From: Candidatus Gottesmanbacteria bacterium GW2011_GWC1_43_10
Lineage (GTDB): Bacteria > Patescibacteriota > Microgenomatia > UBA10105
Direction of reading: 5' to 3'
Assembly: GCA_000995415.1 (NCBI GenBank)
Contig: LCEX01000003.1
Span: 15,470-79,469 of the forward strand
DNA length: 64,000 nt
A program made the translations under genes and the position numbers. The notes beneath the pieces were generated by a model, which worked only from the letters and a program-made list of their open reading frames with translations, searched no databases and was not told the DNA's origin. Shown one piece after another: positions 9,751 through 19,565 of this stretch. Position 1 is the stretch's first letter. Each line of letters opens with the position of its first letter.

Positions 9751-10869
9751 ATGCATATCGGAATTGACGGGTATGAAGCAAACACTCATAAACGTGTGGG
9801 TATTGGTCAGTACGCCTATCAAGTGATCAAATACTTGCATCAGTTGGACCAGAAAAATTCATATACTATATTTTTGCCGTCTCTGCCGCTTCAAGACCTA
9901 CCTGAAACGAAGTCTAACTGGAAATATACTATCGGTAATCCTGGAAGTCTATGGACGATTCGTCAGTTGCCGGGTTTGATCCAAAAAAATCCGGTAGACC
10001 TCTTTTTTTCTCCGACACACTATTTACCTTGGTTCACTCAAATGCCAAAAGTATTATCAGTCATGGATTTGTCATATCTGCATTATCCCGGTTTGTTTAA
10101 GTTCAAAGATTTGATACAACTCAAATACATGGGTCTTTATTCCATAAAAAGAGCACAAAAAATATTCACAATTTCTGAATTTACAAAAAAGGAGATAATT
10201 GAGCACTATCATTATCCAAAAGATAAGATTATGGTTACATATCCTGGATATAGAAAATTAAGAATTAAGAGTTCCGAATTAAGAACTAGAGATATACGAA
10301 CTAAATACGGGATTAAAGGTCGATATATATTGTTCGTGGGCACGATACAGCCGCGGAAAAATGTGGACAGACTCATTGAGGCTTTTGAAATGTTCAATAT
10401 GGAAGCTGACTTGGTTTTGGTGGGGAAAAAGGGATGGTTGTACGAATCGATTTTTAGAGCAATCGAAGCTTCTCCCAAGAAGGACGCTATCCATTATCTG
10501 GACTTTGTGACAGAGGCAGAACTAGTCAGTTTATACCAAAATGCCGCCTGTTTTGTATTGCCTTCGTTATATGAAGGTTTTGGAATTCCAGTAGCTGAAG
10601 CGATGCAGAATGGTTGTCCGGTCGTGGTTTCGAATACTTCCAGTTTACCTGAAGTCGCAGGAGAAGCAGGTATATATGTAAATCCACTTGCAGCTCAAGA
10701 TATTGCAGAAGGGTTGCACAAAGCGTTACAATTGAAACCAGAGGAACGAAGTCGGCGAGTTGAATTGGGTCGTAAACATATAGAACAGTTTAGTTGGGAG
10801 ATTTGTGCCAAAAAGACATTGGAAGTATTAAATTCATTTAGTCATCCCGACCGAAGTGGAGGGATCTAA
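9751..10869 (+). CDS. Glycosyltransferase family 4 (MtfB-like)
   Basis: 'QPRKN' and 'PSLYEGFGIPVAEAM'; the last codons (SHPDRSGGI) are read from the REP at 10841-10867. Confidence 0.92.
   Translation: MHIGIDGYEANTHKRVGIGQYAYQVIKYLHQLDQKNSYTIFLPSLPLQDLPETKSNWKYTIGNPGSLWTIRQLPGLIQKNPVDLFFSPTHYLPWFTQMPKVLSVMDLSYLHYPGLFKFKDLIQLKYMGLYSIKRAQKIFTISEFTKKEIIEHYHYPKDKIMVTYPGYRKLRIKSSELRTRDIRTKYGIKGRYILFVGTIQPRKNVDRLIEAFEMFNMEADLVLVGKKGWLYESIFRAIEASPKKDAIHYLDFVTEAELVSLYQNAACFVLPSLYEGFGIPVAEAMQNGCPVVVSNTSSLPEVAGEAGIYVNPLAAQDIAEGLHKALQLKPEERSRRVELGRKHIEQFSWEICAKKTLEVLNSFSHPDRSGGI
10255..10289 (+). repeat. Degenerate heptamer array (GAATTAA-like, about 5 units) in the GT4 interdomain linker
   Basis: AAATTAA GAATTAA GAGTTCC GAATTAA GAACTAG. 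Confidence 0.65.
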
Positions 10870-11202
10870 CAAATCAGTGGCAAGAAAACAATATTATGTA
10901 TACATCTTAAGAAGTCTATCAGGCGTTTTTTATATTGGAATTACTTATGATTTAGTAAGACGGATTTATGAACACAAGCAAGGATTTGTTGACGGTTTTA
11001 CTAAAAAGTATAAAGTTAACATTTTGATCTATTATGAAGTTTACGGCGATCCATGGGCGGCTATCGCACGAGAAAAACAATTAAAAAACTGGAATAGAAA
11101 AAAGAAAATCGCCTTAATAACAAAAGCTAATCCTAAGTTTGAAGAGTTAGTCATTACGTAGTAGTCGGATGAGAAAGATCCCTCGACTACGCTCGGGATG
11201 AC
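10841..11202 (+). mobile_element. Putative GIY-YIG cassette bounded by 27-bp inverted palindromic repeats
   Basis: Left GTCATCCCGACCGAAGTGGAGGGATCT (10841-10867) matches the reverse complement of right AGATCCCTCGACTACGCTCGGGATGAC (11176-11202) at 24/27. Confidence 0.65.
10877..11161 (+). CDS. Stand-alone GIY-YIG endonuclease (UPF0213-like)
   Basis: 'YYVYIL...FYIGIT.DLVRRIYEH', 'FTKKY', 'AIAREKQLKNWNRKKK'; GTG at 10877 preferred because the 10856 start lies inside the repeat. Confidence 0.9.
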   Translation: MARKQYYVYILRSLSGVFYIGITYDLVRRIYEHKQGFVDGFTKKYKVNILIYYEVYGDPWAAIAREKQLKNWNRKKKIALITKANPKFEELVIT

Positions 11203-11203
11203 A

Positions 11204-11248
11204 ACACTTTTACCTTGGGATGACACTTTTACCTTGGGATGGCACTTT
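11204..11248 (+). repeat. 19-nt tandem repeat ACACTTTTACCTTGGGATG x2.4
   Basis: Copies at 11204-11222 and 11223-11241, partial copy at 11242-11248. Confidence 0.85.
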
Positions 11249-11253
11249 AGACT

Positions 11254-11847
11254 ATGAAAGATAGGATGGGACGAGAATTATCAACACAACAAGTGATGCA
11301 AAAAGGCACCAACCGTATTTTATGGGTCATGTTGGATTTGGAACTGATGCTACTTCGTTGGATAGGACACATACCTTTTCACTCAATCCGTAATTTGTTT
11401 TATGCTCTGGCCGGGATAAAAATAGGCCGAGGTGCAACTTTGCATATGTGGGCCAATTTCAATTACCTTGCAAATATTGAGATTGGTGAGGGGACGATCG
11501 TGGGTGACCACGCTTTTATTGATGGACGTGCTAAAGTAAAGATAGGTAACCATGTTGACATCGCCTCAAGTGTCATGATTTGGAGCGGGAAACATGATTA
11601 TGAGAGTGAAGATTTCCATCCGGTGTTTTCACCTGTAATGATTGAAGACTATGTATTTATCGGCCCGCGTGTGATCATCCAGCCCGGAGTGACTATCGGT
11701 AAAGGTGCAATTGTGGCTGCCGGAGCAGTGGTGTCAAAAGATGTGCCTGCCTATGCCATCGTCGGTGGTGTCCCGGCTAAGGCAATTGGTGAACGCAAAC
11801 TCAAAGATCTGCATTACCGTCTCGGCTGGGCCAGACTATTTCAATAA
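11254..11847 (+). CDS. Hexapeptide-repeat (LbetaH) sugar O-acetyltransferase, WcaF-like
   Basis: Hexapeptide repeats and 'GAIVAAGAVVSKDVPAYAIVGGVPAK'. Confidence 0.9.
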   Translation: MKDRMGRELSTQQVMQKGTNRILWVMLDLELMLLRWIGHIPFHSIRNLFYALAGIKIGRGATLHMWANFNYLANIEIGEGTIVGDHAFIDGRAKVKIGNHVDIASSVMIWSGKHDYESEDFHPVFSPVMIEDYVFIGPRVIIQPGVTIGKGAIVAAGAVVSKDVPAYAIVGGVPAKAIGERKLKDLHYRLGWARLFQ

Positions 11848-11852
11848 ATTTT

Positions 11853-12161
11853 ATGGATTTTAAGGTATTACTTCAGCGGGCCCGCCAAATTAGACGTAAA
11901 TACTCGGAGTTCGAAACCAAAAAATACGGTAAACCTTGGAATAAAGCACAAATCATGCAGGGATTGGTCGGAGATATAGGAGATCTCATGAAGTTGGTGA
12001 TGGTAAAAGAGGGAGTTAGAGAGATTCAAGACGTTGATGTGAGGCTCAAGCACGAACTTGCAGATTGTCTGTGGGCAGTTATGATCTTGGCCGACGAATA
12101 CGGTGTCGACTTGGAAAAATCATTTTTGGAGACGATGGCTGAGTTGGAGAAGAAGTTTTGA
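11853..12161 (+). CDS. MazG-like nucleotide pyrophosphohydrolase
   Basis: 'LVGDIGDL...HELADCLWAVMILA..YGVDLE'. Confidence 0.8.
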   Translation: MDFKVLLQRARQIRRKYSEFETKKYGKPWNKAQIMQGLVGDIGDLMKLVMVKEGVREIQDVDVRLKHELADCLWAVMILADEYGVDLEKSFLETMAELEKKF

Positions 12162-12329
12162 TCTTTAATTACTATAACTTATTTTACTTCAGATAAATAG
12201 ACTATCAAACACGTTAAAAAACTAACAAACCTCTCTTTCACCGAAACTAACAATTCTTGCCGATTCTTGGTAGAATAGGTACAGGGCGAGGTAGAATTGG
12301 TCGGAAAATAGCCTCAAATTGCCCATTTT

Positions 12330-15300
12330 ATGCTAAAATTTCTGCGTTGGTTGGATGAGAATTTGTTGCTGATCGTCACTGGTTTTTTGCTGGCGTTTAT
12401 TCCTCTATTTCCCAAAGTCCCGCTTTTTGACATCCTACCAGGCTATATCGTGCGGGTGAGGATGGAAGATTTCTTAGTCGGGGGGACGCTCATTTTATGG
12501 TTGATTCAACTTGTACGAAAAAAAGTCAGTTTTGGACCAAACCCTCTAGCTAAACCGGTTTTAGCCTATTTAAGTATTGGTATTTTGTCGATGTTGTCGG
12601 CGATCTTTATCACTCACACTGTGCCGCTTGAAGCCCTGCATATCAATAAAATGGTACTGCATTTCCTGCGCCGGATTGAATACTTTTCCCTATTTTTCGT
12701 TTTTTATTCGGCAGTAAAATCTTTTAAACACGTAAAAATATATTTGATCATTTTGGTGACAACTGTAGTTGGAGTCACGCTTTATGGTTACGGCCAAAAA
12801 TATCTGTACTGGCCGGCGTTTTCGACCATGAACCGCGAGTTTTCCAAGGGTTGGGCCTTGTACCTCACCCAGCACGCGCGGGTTTTATCCACCTTTGGCG
12901 GGCACTATGATCTGGCAGCCTATGCCATGATTGCTTTAGTTTTTTTGTGGAGTATTTTTTTTGGACTCACAAAACGGTGGTTGCAGCTAGTTGTATTTAC
13001 GGTCATTGCCGGGGTGTTTTGGCTCTTGATTCTGACGGCTTCGCGGACTTCATTTATTGCTTATTTAGTAGGAGTCACAGTATTATTCTTTTTTTGGGCG
13101 TTTCACCAAGGAGTGGGTTGGGCAGTCAGACGTTGGTTGGGAGTAGTAGTTTTGAGTATTGTGATCATGTTGTCTTTTGGTGATTTGTCGGAAAGGTTTA
13201 CCAAACTTTTAAAACTTGACCAACGATTGGCCGGCATCAAAACTTTACTTCTGCAGCCGATCGGAGCTCCTCCAGCAGGCACGCAATTTGCACTACTAGA
13301 AAACAATTTGCAGGCAGTGACCTCCAAAAGCGATTTTCCACCGTTACCTATCCGTCCTACAGATGTCACCGAAGTGATTCCGGAAGGATTTGAAGCCACT
13401 GAATCTGCTTCTGGTGCAGCCATCACTCGTGCAGTTCCACGCAATTATTCCCGGACGGCTCTAATTTACGATTTATCGACCGGAATTCGCTTGGATGCAT
13501 TGTGGCCTAGAGCAATTGCTGGTTTCAAGCGAAATATCTTGTTGGGTAGCGGATATTCGACTCTCACAAAAACTCAATTCAACGAATTCACAGAGGCTGA
13601 GTCGACCGACAATGACTATTTACGGGCTCTGGGAGAAACAGGACTGTTGGGTTTTATCACCTTCGGTTGGATTTTACTGAGCGCGGGCTGGGTCATTTGG
13701 AAAGCCTTTGCTAAAATAAAAAACCCACTGGAATTTGCTTTGAGCATCAGTCTTGTAGCTGTAATCGTAGGCTTATTAGTCAACGCCGTCTATATAGATG
13801 TTTTTGAGGCGTCCAAAGTGGCTTTCTTCTTTTGGGCTTTTACCGGTATCACTTTGGGGTTAGTAAAGGTACTCCGACCGCAAGACCAGTATGCCCAACC
13901 CAAAATCTTGGTGCCTACTGGAGCTGCTGCAAAGCGTGAGCTAGGCAAACTGATACGCCGGATTATTTTCAGCCATAAAACCCATTTACTACTTATTCTG
14001 ATTTTGGCTTTGGGATTGCGCTATTATAATATCAATGTGCCGCTTGCGGATTGGCACAGTTGGCGCCAGGCTGATACCTCGGCCGTGACCAGAAATTATG
14101 TCCGTTATGGCGTAAATTTATTGTATCCGCGCTATGATGATTTGTCCTCTGTGCCTTCAGGCAGACCTAATCCTGAAGGCTACCGTTTTGTGGAATTTCC
14201 GCTCTACAATGGGTTGGCGGTGATTGTAGACAGACTTTTCCCTGGCTACAATGTCGAGTACTCCGGCCGGCTGACTTCGATTTTTGCCTCGCTGGGCAGT
14301 TTGATTTTTATTTATTTGATCAGTAAGAAATACTTTAGTCACCGCGTGGGTTTGATCGCCGCAGGTTTATTTGCGGTTTTGCCTTACAACCTTTACTGGT
14401 CGCGCGTAATTTTACCAGAACCTTTCCAGGTGTTTTTAACTACCGGACTCGTGTATTTTTTTGATAAATGGGTAGAGAGTAGCAAAAAACGGTTTTGGCT
14501 CACGGCTTTGGTATTTGCAATTTCGGCATTGCTGGTCAAATTTAGCGTCATCTTTTTTGCGGTACCTTTGGCGTATTTAGTCTGGCACAAGTGGGGTTGG
14601 AAATCATTGGCCAATCCTTGGGTGTATTTATTTGCCATATTCACGATTGTTCCATTTTTGGCCTGGCGTTGGCATATTTCCCGCTATCCGGAAGGCATTC
14701 CGGCTTATATGTGGTTATTTAACGGTAACGGGATCAGGTTTAAGGGTTCCTGGTTTTGGTGGTTGTTTGCCGAAAGACTGGCCAAACTCATTTTGGGAGG
14801 GTGGGGAGTAGTGCTTTTGAGTTTTGGCTTGGTACGTAAGGAGTTGCAAGGCGCGAAACCCAAATTTTTATTCCATTTTTGGTTACTCGGACTACTTATT
14901 TATCTGGCTGTTTTTGCCACTGGCAACGTCCAGCATGATTATTACCAGACGATTTTGACGCCTATTTTATGTATATTTATGGCGTTGGGGATCGACTATC
15001 TCTGGGACAAAACTGCCCCCAACCAGTACCGGTGGTTGGCTCGGGGTATGATGTTCATCTCGCTATTTTTTATGCTGATGTTTGGTTGGTATCAAATCAA
15101 AGATCTCTACAATATCAACCATCCGGAGATTGTTGAAGCGGGAAAGGAATTTGAGCGGTTGGTTCCCAATAATCAAGTGAAAGTGATCGCTCCTTATGGA
15201 GGTGATACCGCATTTCTTTATCAAACTGGTAAGCGTGGTTGGCCGATCGTTGAAGGAACTATCGAAGAGATGATCGGACGCGGGGCCCAATTTTACATCA

Positions 15301-15455
15301 GCACCAATTTTGACGAGCTAACACAGGAACTCATCAAAACCGCCAGAAAGAGCGAAAAGGGGTTGGACATTTTGCATAACTACAAAATCATCAAATACAC
15401 TGATATGTATGTGATCATCCAGTTGGTGCCGAATAAATTACTTCCCAGTTCATAA
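12330..15455 (+). CDS. O-antigen ligase/polymerase-like domain fused to an ArnT/PMT-like GT-C domain
   Basis: N-half 'RVLSTFGGH', 'LTASRT', 'LLGSGY', 'DNDYLRALGETGLLG'; C-half 'DWHSWRQADT', 'EFPLYN', 'SRVILPE', 'HDYYQ'. Confidence 0.75.
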   Translation: MLKFLRWLDENLLLIVTGFLLAFIPLFPKVPLFDILPGYIVRVRMEDFLVGGTLILWLIQLVRKKVSFGPNPLAKPVLAYLSIGILSMLSAIFITHTVPLEALHINKMVLHFLRRIEYFSLFFVFYSAVKSFKHVKIYLIILVTTVVGVTLYGYGQKYLYWPAFSTMNREFSKGWALYLTQHARVLSTFGGHYDLAAYAMIALVFLWSIFFGLTKRWLQLVVFTVIAGVFWLLILTASRTSFIAYLVGVTVLFFFWAFHQGVGWAVRRWLGVVVLSIVIMLSFGDLSERFTKLLKLDQRLAGIKTLLLQPIGAPPAGTQFALLENNLQAVTSKSDFPPLPIRPTDVTEVIPEGFEATESASGAAITRAVPRNYSRTALIYDLSTGIRLDALWPRAIAGFKRNILLGSGYSTLTKTQFNEFTEAESTDNDYLRALGETGLLGFITFGWILLSAGWVIWKAFAKIKNPLEFALSISLVAVIVGLLVNAVYIDVFEASKVAFFFWAFTGITLGLVKVLRPQDQYAQPKILVPTGAAAKRELGKLIRRIIFSHKTHLLLILILALGLRYYNINVPLADWHSWRQADTSAVTRNYVRYGVNLLYPRYDDLSSVPSGRPNPEGYRFVEFPLYNGLAVIVDRLFPGYNVEYSGRLTSIFASLGSLIFIYLISKKYFSHRVGLIAAGLFAVLPYNLYWSRVILPEPFQVFLTTGLVYFFDKWVESSKKRFWLTALVFAISALLVKFSVIFFAVPLAYLVWHKWGWKSLANPWVYLFAIFTIVPFLAWRWHISRYPEGIPAYMWLFNGNGIRFKGSWFWWLFAERLAKLILGGWGVVLLSFGLVRKELQGAKPKFLFHFWLLGLLIYLAVFATGNVQHDYYQTILTPILCIFMALGIDYLWDKTAPNQYRWLARGMMFISLFFMLMFGWYQIKDLYNINHPEIVEAGKEFERLVPNNQVKVIAPYGGDTAFLYQTGKRGWPIVEGTIEEMIGRGAQFYISTNFDELTQELIKTARKSEKGLDILHNYKIIKYTDMYVIIQLVPNKLLPSS

Positions 15456-15459
15456 GTCC

Positions 15460-16653
15460 ATGAAAATCTTGATGCTGACGCCCTACCTACCTTATCCACT
15501 TCTTTCCGGCGGACAAATCCGTTCTTACAACTTGCTCAAAAATTTGGCCAAAAAACATCAAATCACTTTGGTAGCTCTCATAAAACACGATGATGAAAAA
15601 AAATATATTGCCAATATTGCTCAGTACTGTCATCAGGTGATCGTAGCCAAACGACCAGAAAAACCCTGGACGCTGACCAACATCATCCAAACAGGATTTG
15701 GCAAATACCCGTTTTTGGTGGTACGGAACTATTCGACTGAAGCCAAATCAGCCGTGATAGAGAAACTTAGAGCAGAGCAGTTTGACTTGATCCACGCCGA
15801 AACTTTTTACGTCATGCCGCATATTCCTACTACCCAGACTCCCATTTTACTGGTTGAACAAACAATCGAATATTTAGTTTACCAACACTTTGTAGAGACT
15901 ATGCGTTTTTTACCGCTGCGTTGGTTGTTTTCACTCGACGTAGCCAAAATCCGCTATTGGGAGGAATATTACTGGAAGCAAGCTACCCGAGTAGTAGCCA
16001 TGTCGGAGCCGGACAAAGAAGTGATGTTGTCACGAATTCCGCCACTTGATGTTTCTATTGTTCCCAACGGGGTTGACAGCATGGTTTTTAAATTTCAAAA
16101 TAAGACTCTAAATACCGACCCTACGATTTTATTTGTCGGCAATTTTAAATGGCTGCAAAATCGCGAAGCGGTCTCAATCCTGGTGAACAAGATTTGGCCG
16201 AGAATTGTAAAGCAAATTCCCGATGCAAAACTTTGGATCGTAGGTAGGTTCCCGACGCCCGAAATTTTGGCCCTCAAAGACAAACAAGTGGAAATTTCAG
16301 ATAATATTGAAGATATTCGACAGGCGTACCAAAAATCAGACATGTTACTCGCGCCAATTTATGGCCCGGGAGGGACGCGATACAAAATATTGGAAGCCAT
16401 GGCCTCAGGGTTGCCGGTAGTGACGACTCCACAAGGGATAGAAGGATTGGGAGCAGTTGACAGCAAAGAAGCTTTGATCCGGGTGAGTCATGAGGCACTA
16501 GCTGATGCCACAATCCAAGTTTTACAAGATAAAAAACTTTATCGGAATTTGGCTGTCAAGGCCAATTCGTTAGTCCGCCAAAACTACAGCTGGAAAGGTA
16601 TCGCCACTTTCTTGGATCGGATCTATGAGGCAGTCGCCCATGAAAAAAACTGA
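15460..16653 (+). CDS. Glycosyltransferase family 4
   Basis: 'GGQIRSYNL', 'VPNGVD', 'GGTRYKILEAMASGLPVV'. Confidence 0.9.
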   Translation: MKILMLTPYLPYPLLSGGQIRSYNLLKNLAKKHQITLVALIKHDDEKKYIANIAQYCHQVIVAKRPEKPWTLTNIIQTGFGKYPFLVVRNYSTEAKSAVIEKLRAEQFDLIHAETFYVMPHIPTTQTPILLVEQTIEYLVYQHFVETMRFLPLRWLFSLDVAKIRYWEEYYWKQATRVVAMSEPDKEVMLSRIPPLDVSIVPNGVDSMVFKFQNKTLNTDPTILFVGNFKWLQNREAVSILVNKIWPRIVKQIPDAKLWIVGRFPTPEILALKDKQVEISDNIEDIRQAYQKSDMLLAPIYGPGGTRYKILEAMASGLPVVTTPQGIEGLGAVDSKEALIRVSHEALADATIQVLQDKKLYRNLAVKANSLVRQNYSWKGIATFLDRIYEAVAHEKN

Positions 16654-17515
16654 TATATCGATCATTATTGTTTCTTATAATACCCGTGAATTATTGGACC
16701 GGTGTTTAAACTCGGTATACAAAGGTCTTACTGATTCAGATCTGAATTTCGAAGTTATTGTAGTGGATAATGCTTCAACTGACGGGTCGGTCGAAATGCT
16801 GACACAAAAATATCTCCAGGTAAAATTGATTAAAAATACGACCAATGTGGGATTTGGTCGAGCTAACAATCAAGGAGCAGAAATGGCCCGCGGCAAACAG
16901 CTGTTATTCCTCAATTCCGACATCATCGTTTTAGACCGCGCCATAGTAAAATTGTCTGAGTACGGAAAAACTTGGCCGCAGGCGGTGATCGGCGGAAAAT
17001 TGTTTAATCCAGATCGCAGTCCTCAAACCTCATGTGGGCCAGCTTACTCTTTACCAAACATTTTTGTGGCCTTATTTTTGAAAGGCGATTATTTAAACCT
17101 GACCCGATATTCGCCGCAACAAATCAAGCAGGTAGATTGGGTGATGGGTGCGTGTATGCTCATGAGCAAGGAAATGTTTCTACGAGTGGGAAAATTTGAT
17201 GAGGGGATTTTCATGTACATGGAAGAAATTGACTTTGCCCACCGGGCGCAAAAATTGGGCGCCAAAATTTATTTTTATCCCGATGCCCATTTTATCCATG
17301 TGGGAGCGGCAAGTAGCCACGGACGTGCCAATCCGATCCTCAATGTTTTCCGCGGATTGATTTACTATTACAATAAGCATGGTTCTTCTGCGCAAAAATT
17401 ATTACTTAGAATACTTTTACTACTCAAGGCGGTTTCGGCTATTATTCTATTTTCGTTGATGGGTAAAAAATATGATCGAGATATATATATCAAGGCTCTT
17501 GTTCTAGTTATTTAG
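16640..17515 (+). CDS. Glycosyltransferase family 2 (WbbL/rhamnosyltransferase-like)
   Basis: 'SIIIVSYN', 'VDNASTDG', 'GFGRANN', 'LNSD', 'FMYMEEID'; ATG at 16640 preferred. Confidence 0.9.
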   Translation: MKKTDISIIIVSYNTRELLDRCLNSVYKGLTDSDLNFEVIVVDNASTDGSVEMLTQKYLQVKLIKNTTNVGFGRANNQGAEMARGKQLLFLNSDIIVLDRAIVKLSEYGKTWPQAVIGGKLFNPDRSPQTSCGPAYSLPNIFVALFLKGDYLNLTRYSPQQIKQVDWVMGACMLMSKEMFLRVGKFDEGIFMYMEEIDFAHRAQKLGAKIYFYPDAHFIHVGAASSHGRANPILNVFRGLIYYYNKHGSSAQKLLLRILLLLKAVSAIILFSLMGKKYDRDIYIKALVLVI

Positions 17516-17519
17516 AAAA

Positions 17520-17556
17520 ACCTCACCCTAACCTCCCCTTAATAAGGGGAGGGGAA
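17520..17556. repeat. CCTCACCC/CCTC-hairpin repeat family, copy 1
   Basis: ACCTCACCCTAACCTCCCCTTAATAAGGGGAGGGGAA; related to 36329-36415 and 60845-60881. Confidence 0.8.
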
Positions 17557-17559
17557 AAT

Positions 17560-18459
17560 ATGAAATTATCTATCATCATTGTTAGTTTTAACACCAAAGA
17601 ATTGCTTAAGGATTGTTTAACGTCTTTGGTCACTCATTACCAAAGCCAATTTTCCCAAAAACAGTTCGAAATCATTGTCGTTGATAATGCCTCAAATGAC
17701 GGGACACAATTAGAGTTAAAAAAACGCTTTCCGGACATTTATCTTATCGAAAACCGGAAAAATCTGGGATTTGCCAAAGCCAACAATTTGGGTGTCAAAA
17801 AGTCTCAGGGAGAAATGGTGCTATTTCTAAATCCTGACACGAAAGTTCCCGAAAATACACTTACCACTATGACAGATTATTTACAAGTTAATCCCAAGGT
17901 TGGTATTGCTACTTGTAAAGTAGTGCTTACGGATGGATCTATCGATGATGCTTCGCACCGCGGATTTCCGACTCCCTGGCGGGCTATGACTCATTTTATA
18001 GGTTTGAGTAAACTTTTTCCCCGCAGCCAACTCTTCAACGGTTATCATTTGGGATATCAAAATATGGGTGAGACGCATGAAATAGACTCATGTGTAGGCG
18101 CATTTTTGATGATTAAACGAGATATTGGAGACGAGTTACACTGGTTTGATGAAGACTATTTTTGGTATGGAGATGACTTGGATTTGTGTTTTCGTGCCAA
18201 ACAAGCCGGTTATCAAGTGATGTATGTGCCGACGGTTTCAATTATTCATTATAAAGGTGCAGCCAGTGGACTTAAGAAGTACTCCGAACATTTATCTTCT
18301 GCTAATAATGAAACTAAAAGGTTAGCGACGAAAGCCCGGTTTGAAGTCATGCGCATATTTTATCGCAAACATTATTTGCATCTATATCCGAAATGGTTGA
18401 CTGGTTTAGTATTTTTGGGAATTTCTTTAAAACAAAAATTTACTGAGTTAACCTTATGA
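17560..18459 (+). CDS. Glycosyltransferase family 2 (WbbL-like)
   Basis: 'SIIIVSFN', 'VDNASND', 'GFAKANN', 'LNPD', 'FWYGDDLDLC'. Confidence 0.9.
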   Translation: MKLSIIIVSFNTKELLKDCLTSLVTHYQSQFSQKQFEIIVVDNASNDGTQLELKKRFPDIYLIENRKNLGFAKANNLGVKKSQGEMVLFLNPDTKVPENTLTTMTDYLQVNPKVGIATCKVVLTDGSIDDASHRGFPTPWRAMTHFIGLSKLFPRSQLFNGYHLGYQNMGETHEIDSCVGAFLMIKRDIGDELHWFDEDYFWYGDDLDLCFRAKQAGYQVMYVPTVSIIHYKGAASGLKKYSEHLSSANNETKRLATKARFEVMRIFYRKHYLHLYPKWLTGLVFLGISLKQKFTELTL

Positions 18460-19565
18460 AAATCGGCATTGATGCAAGGTTGTGGAACGAAACAGGAGTG
18501 GGCCGTTATATCCGTGCACTCGTGACTCACCTCATGGAACTTGATACCAAAAATGAGTATGTGGTTTTTTTGCGCGCCCGAGAATTTCATAAAATCCATT
18601 TTTCCCGCTCCAATTGGCAAACACAAATAGCTGACGTTTCATGGCATAGTTTAGCCGAACAACTTGAGATGCCGGGTATTTACAAGAGTCACAATCTGGA
18701 TTTATTGCATATTCCTTACTTTGCCGTGCCGTTTTTTACCCCGCAGCCATATGTAGTGACCATCCACGATTTGACAATTTCCCGTTTTGCTACAGGTTTA
18801 GCTACAACCAGACCTTTGCCTATCTACGGCTTAAAACGGTTGGGATATAATTTGGTATTAACACGGGCCTTAAAACGGGCCCAGACTATCATCACCGTTT
18901 CCCAAACAGTCAAACAGGAGTTGCTTACAGAGTATCAACTTCCCCCGGACAAAGTGAAGGTCATTTATGAAGCGGGCGAACTGGAAACAACTGCTGCCGA
19001 AACCAAAATTAAAGCTCCGGAACCCTATCTTTTATATGTAGGCAATGCCCATCCGCACAAAAACCTGGAGCGGTTGCTTGCGGCTTTTCCGCTGTTAAAA
19101 GTGGAATTTCCGAAACTACATTTAGTTTTGATTGGAAAACGTGATTATTTCTATCAAAGGTTAGAAAAACAGGTTGCACCAGATGCATCTGATATAATTT
19201 TTGCCGGAGATGTGACTAATGCAGAGCTCATCTACTGGTATAAGCATGCGTTGGCGTTGGTTTTTCCAACTTTGGCTGAAGGTTTTGGGATCCCGGGGTT
19301 GGAAGCTATGACTCTCGGTTGTCCGGTGGTGGCTTCTAGATTGCCGGTGTTTACCGAAATTTATGGGGAGGCGGCTGCATATTTTGATCCTTACGATACC
19401 GGACAGTTAGTCAAAACACTTACACAAATCTTAAAAAATAAGACTTGGCGGCAAAAGTTAATTTCCCAAGGACATGTTCAAAGTAAACTTTATTCTTGGA
19501 AAAAAATGGCTGCTGCCACATTGAATATTTATGAAGATAGCCTTAGTTTACGATCACGTAAATAA
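18456..19565 (+). CDS. Glycosyltransferase family 4 (MtfB-like)
   Basis: 'GVGRY', 'TIHDL', 'PHKN', 'EGFGIPGLEAM'. Confidence 0.92.
   Translation: MKIGIDARLWNETGVGRYIRALVTHLMELDTKNEYVVFLRAREFHKIHFSRSNWQTQIADVSWHSLAEQLEMPGIYKSHNLDLLHIPYFAVPFFTPQPYVVTIHDLTISRFATGLATTRPLPIYGLKRLGYNLVLTRALKRAQTIITVSQTVKQELLTEYQLPPDKVKVIYEAGELETTAAETKIKAPEPYLLYVGNAHPHKNLERLLAAFPLLKVEFPKLHLVLIGKRDYFYQRLEKQVAPDASDIIFAGDVTNAELIYWYKHALALVFPTLAEGFGIPGLEAMTLGCPVVASRLPVFTEIYGEAAAYFDPYDTGQLVKTLTQILKNKTWRQKLISQGHVQSKLYSWKKMAAATLNIYEDSLSLRSRK

Noticed and set aside
11176-11248. Possible CRISPR array
   Set aside because: The repeats are contiguous 19-mers with no unique spacers, and no cas genes are present.
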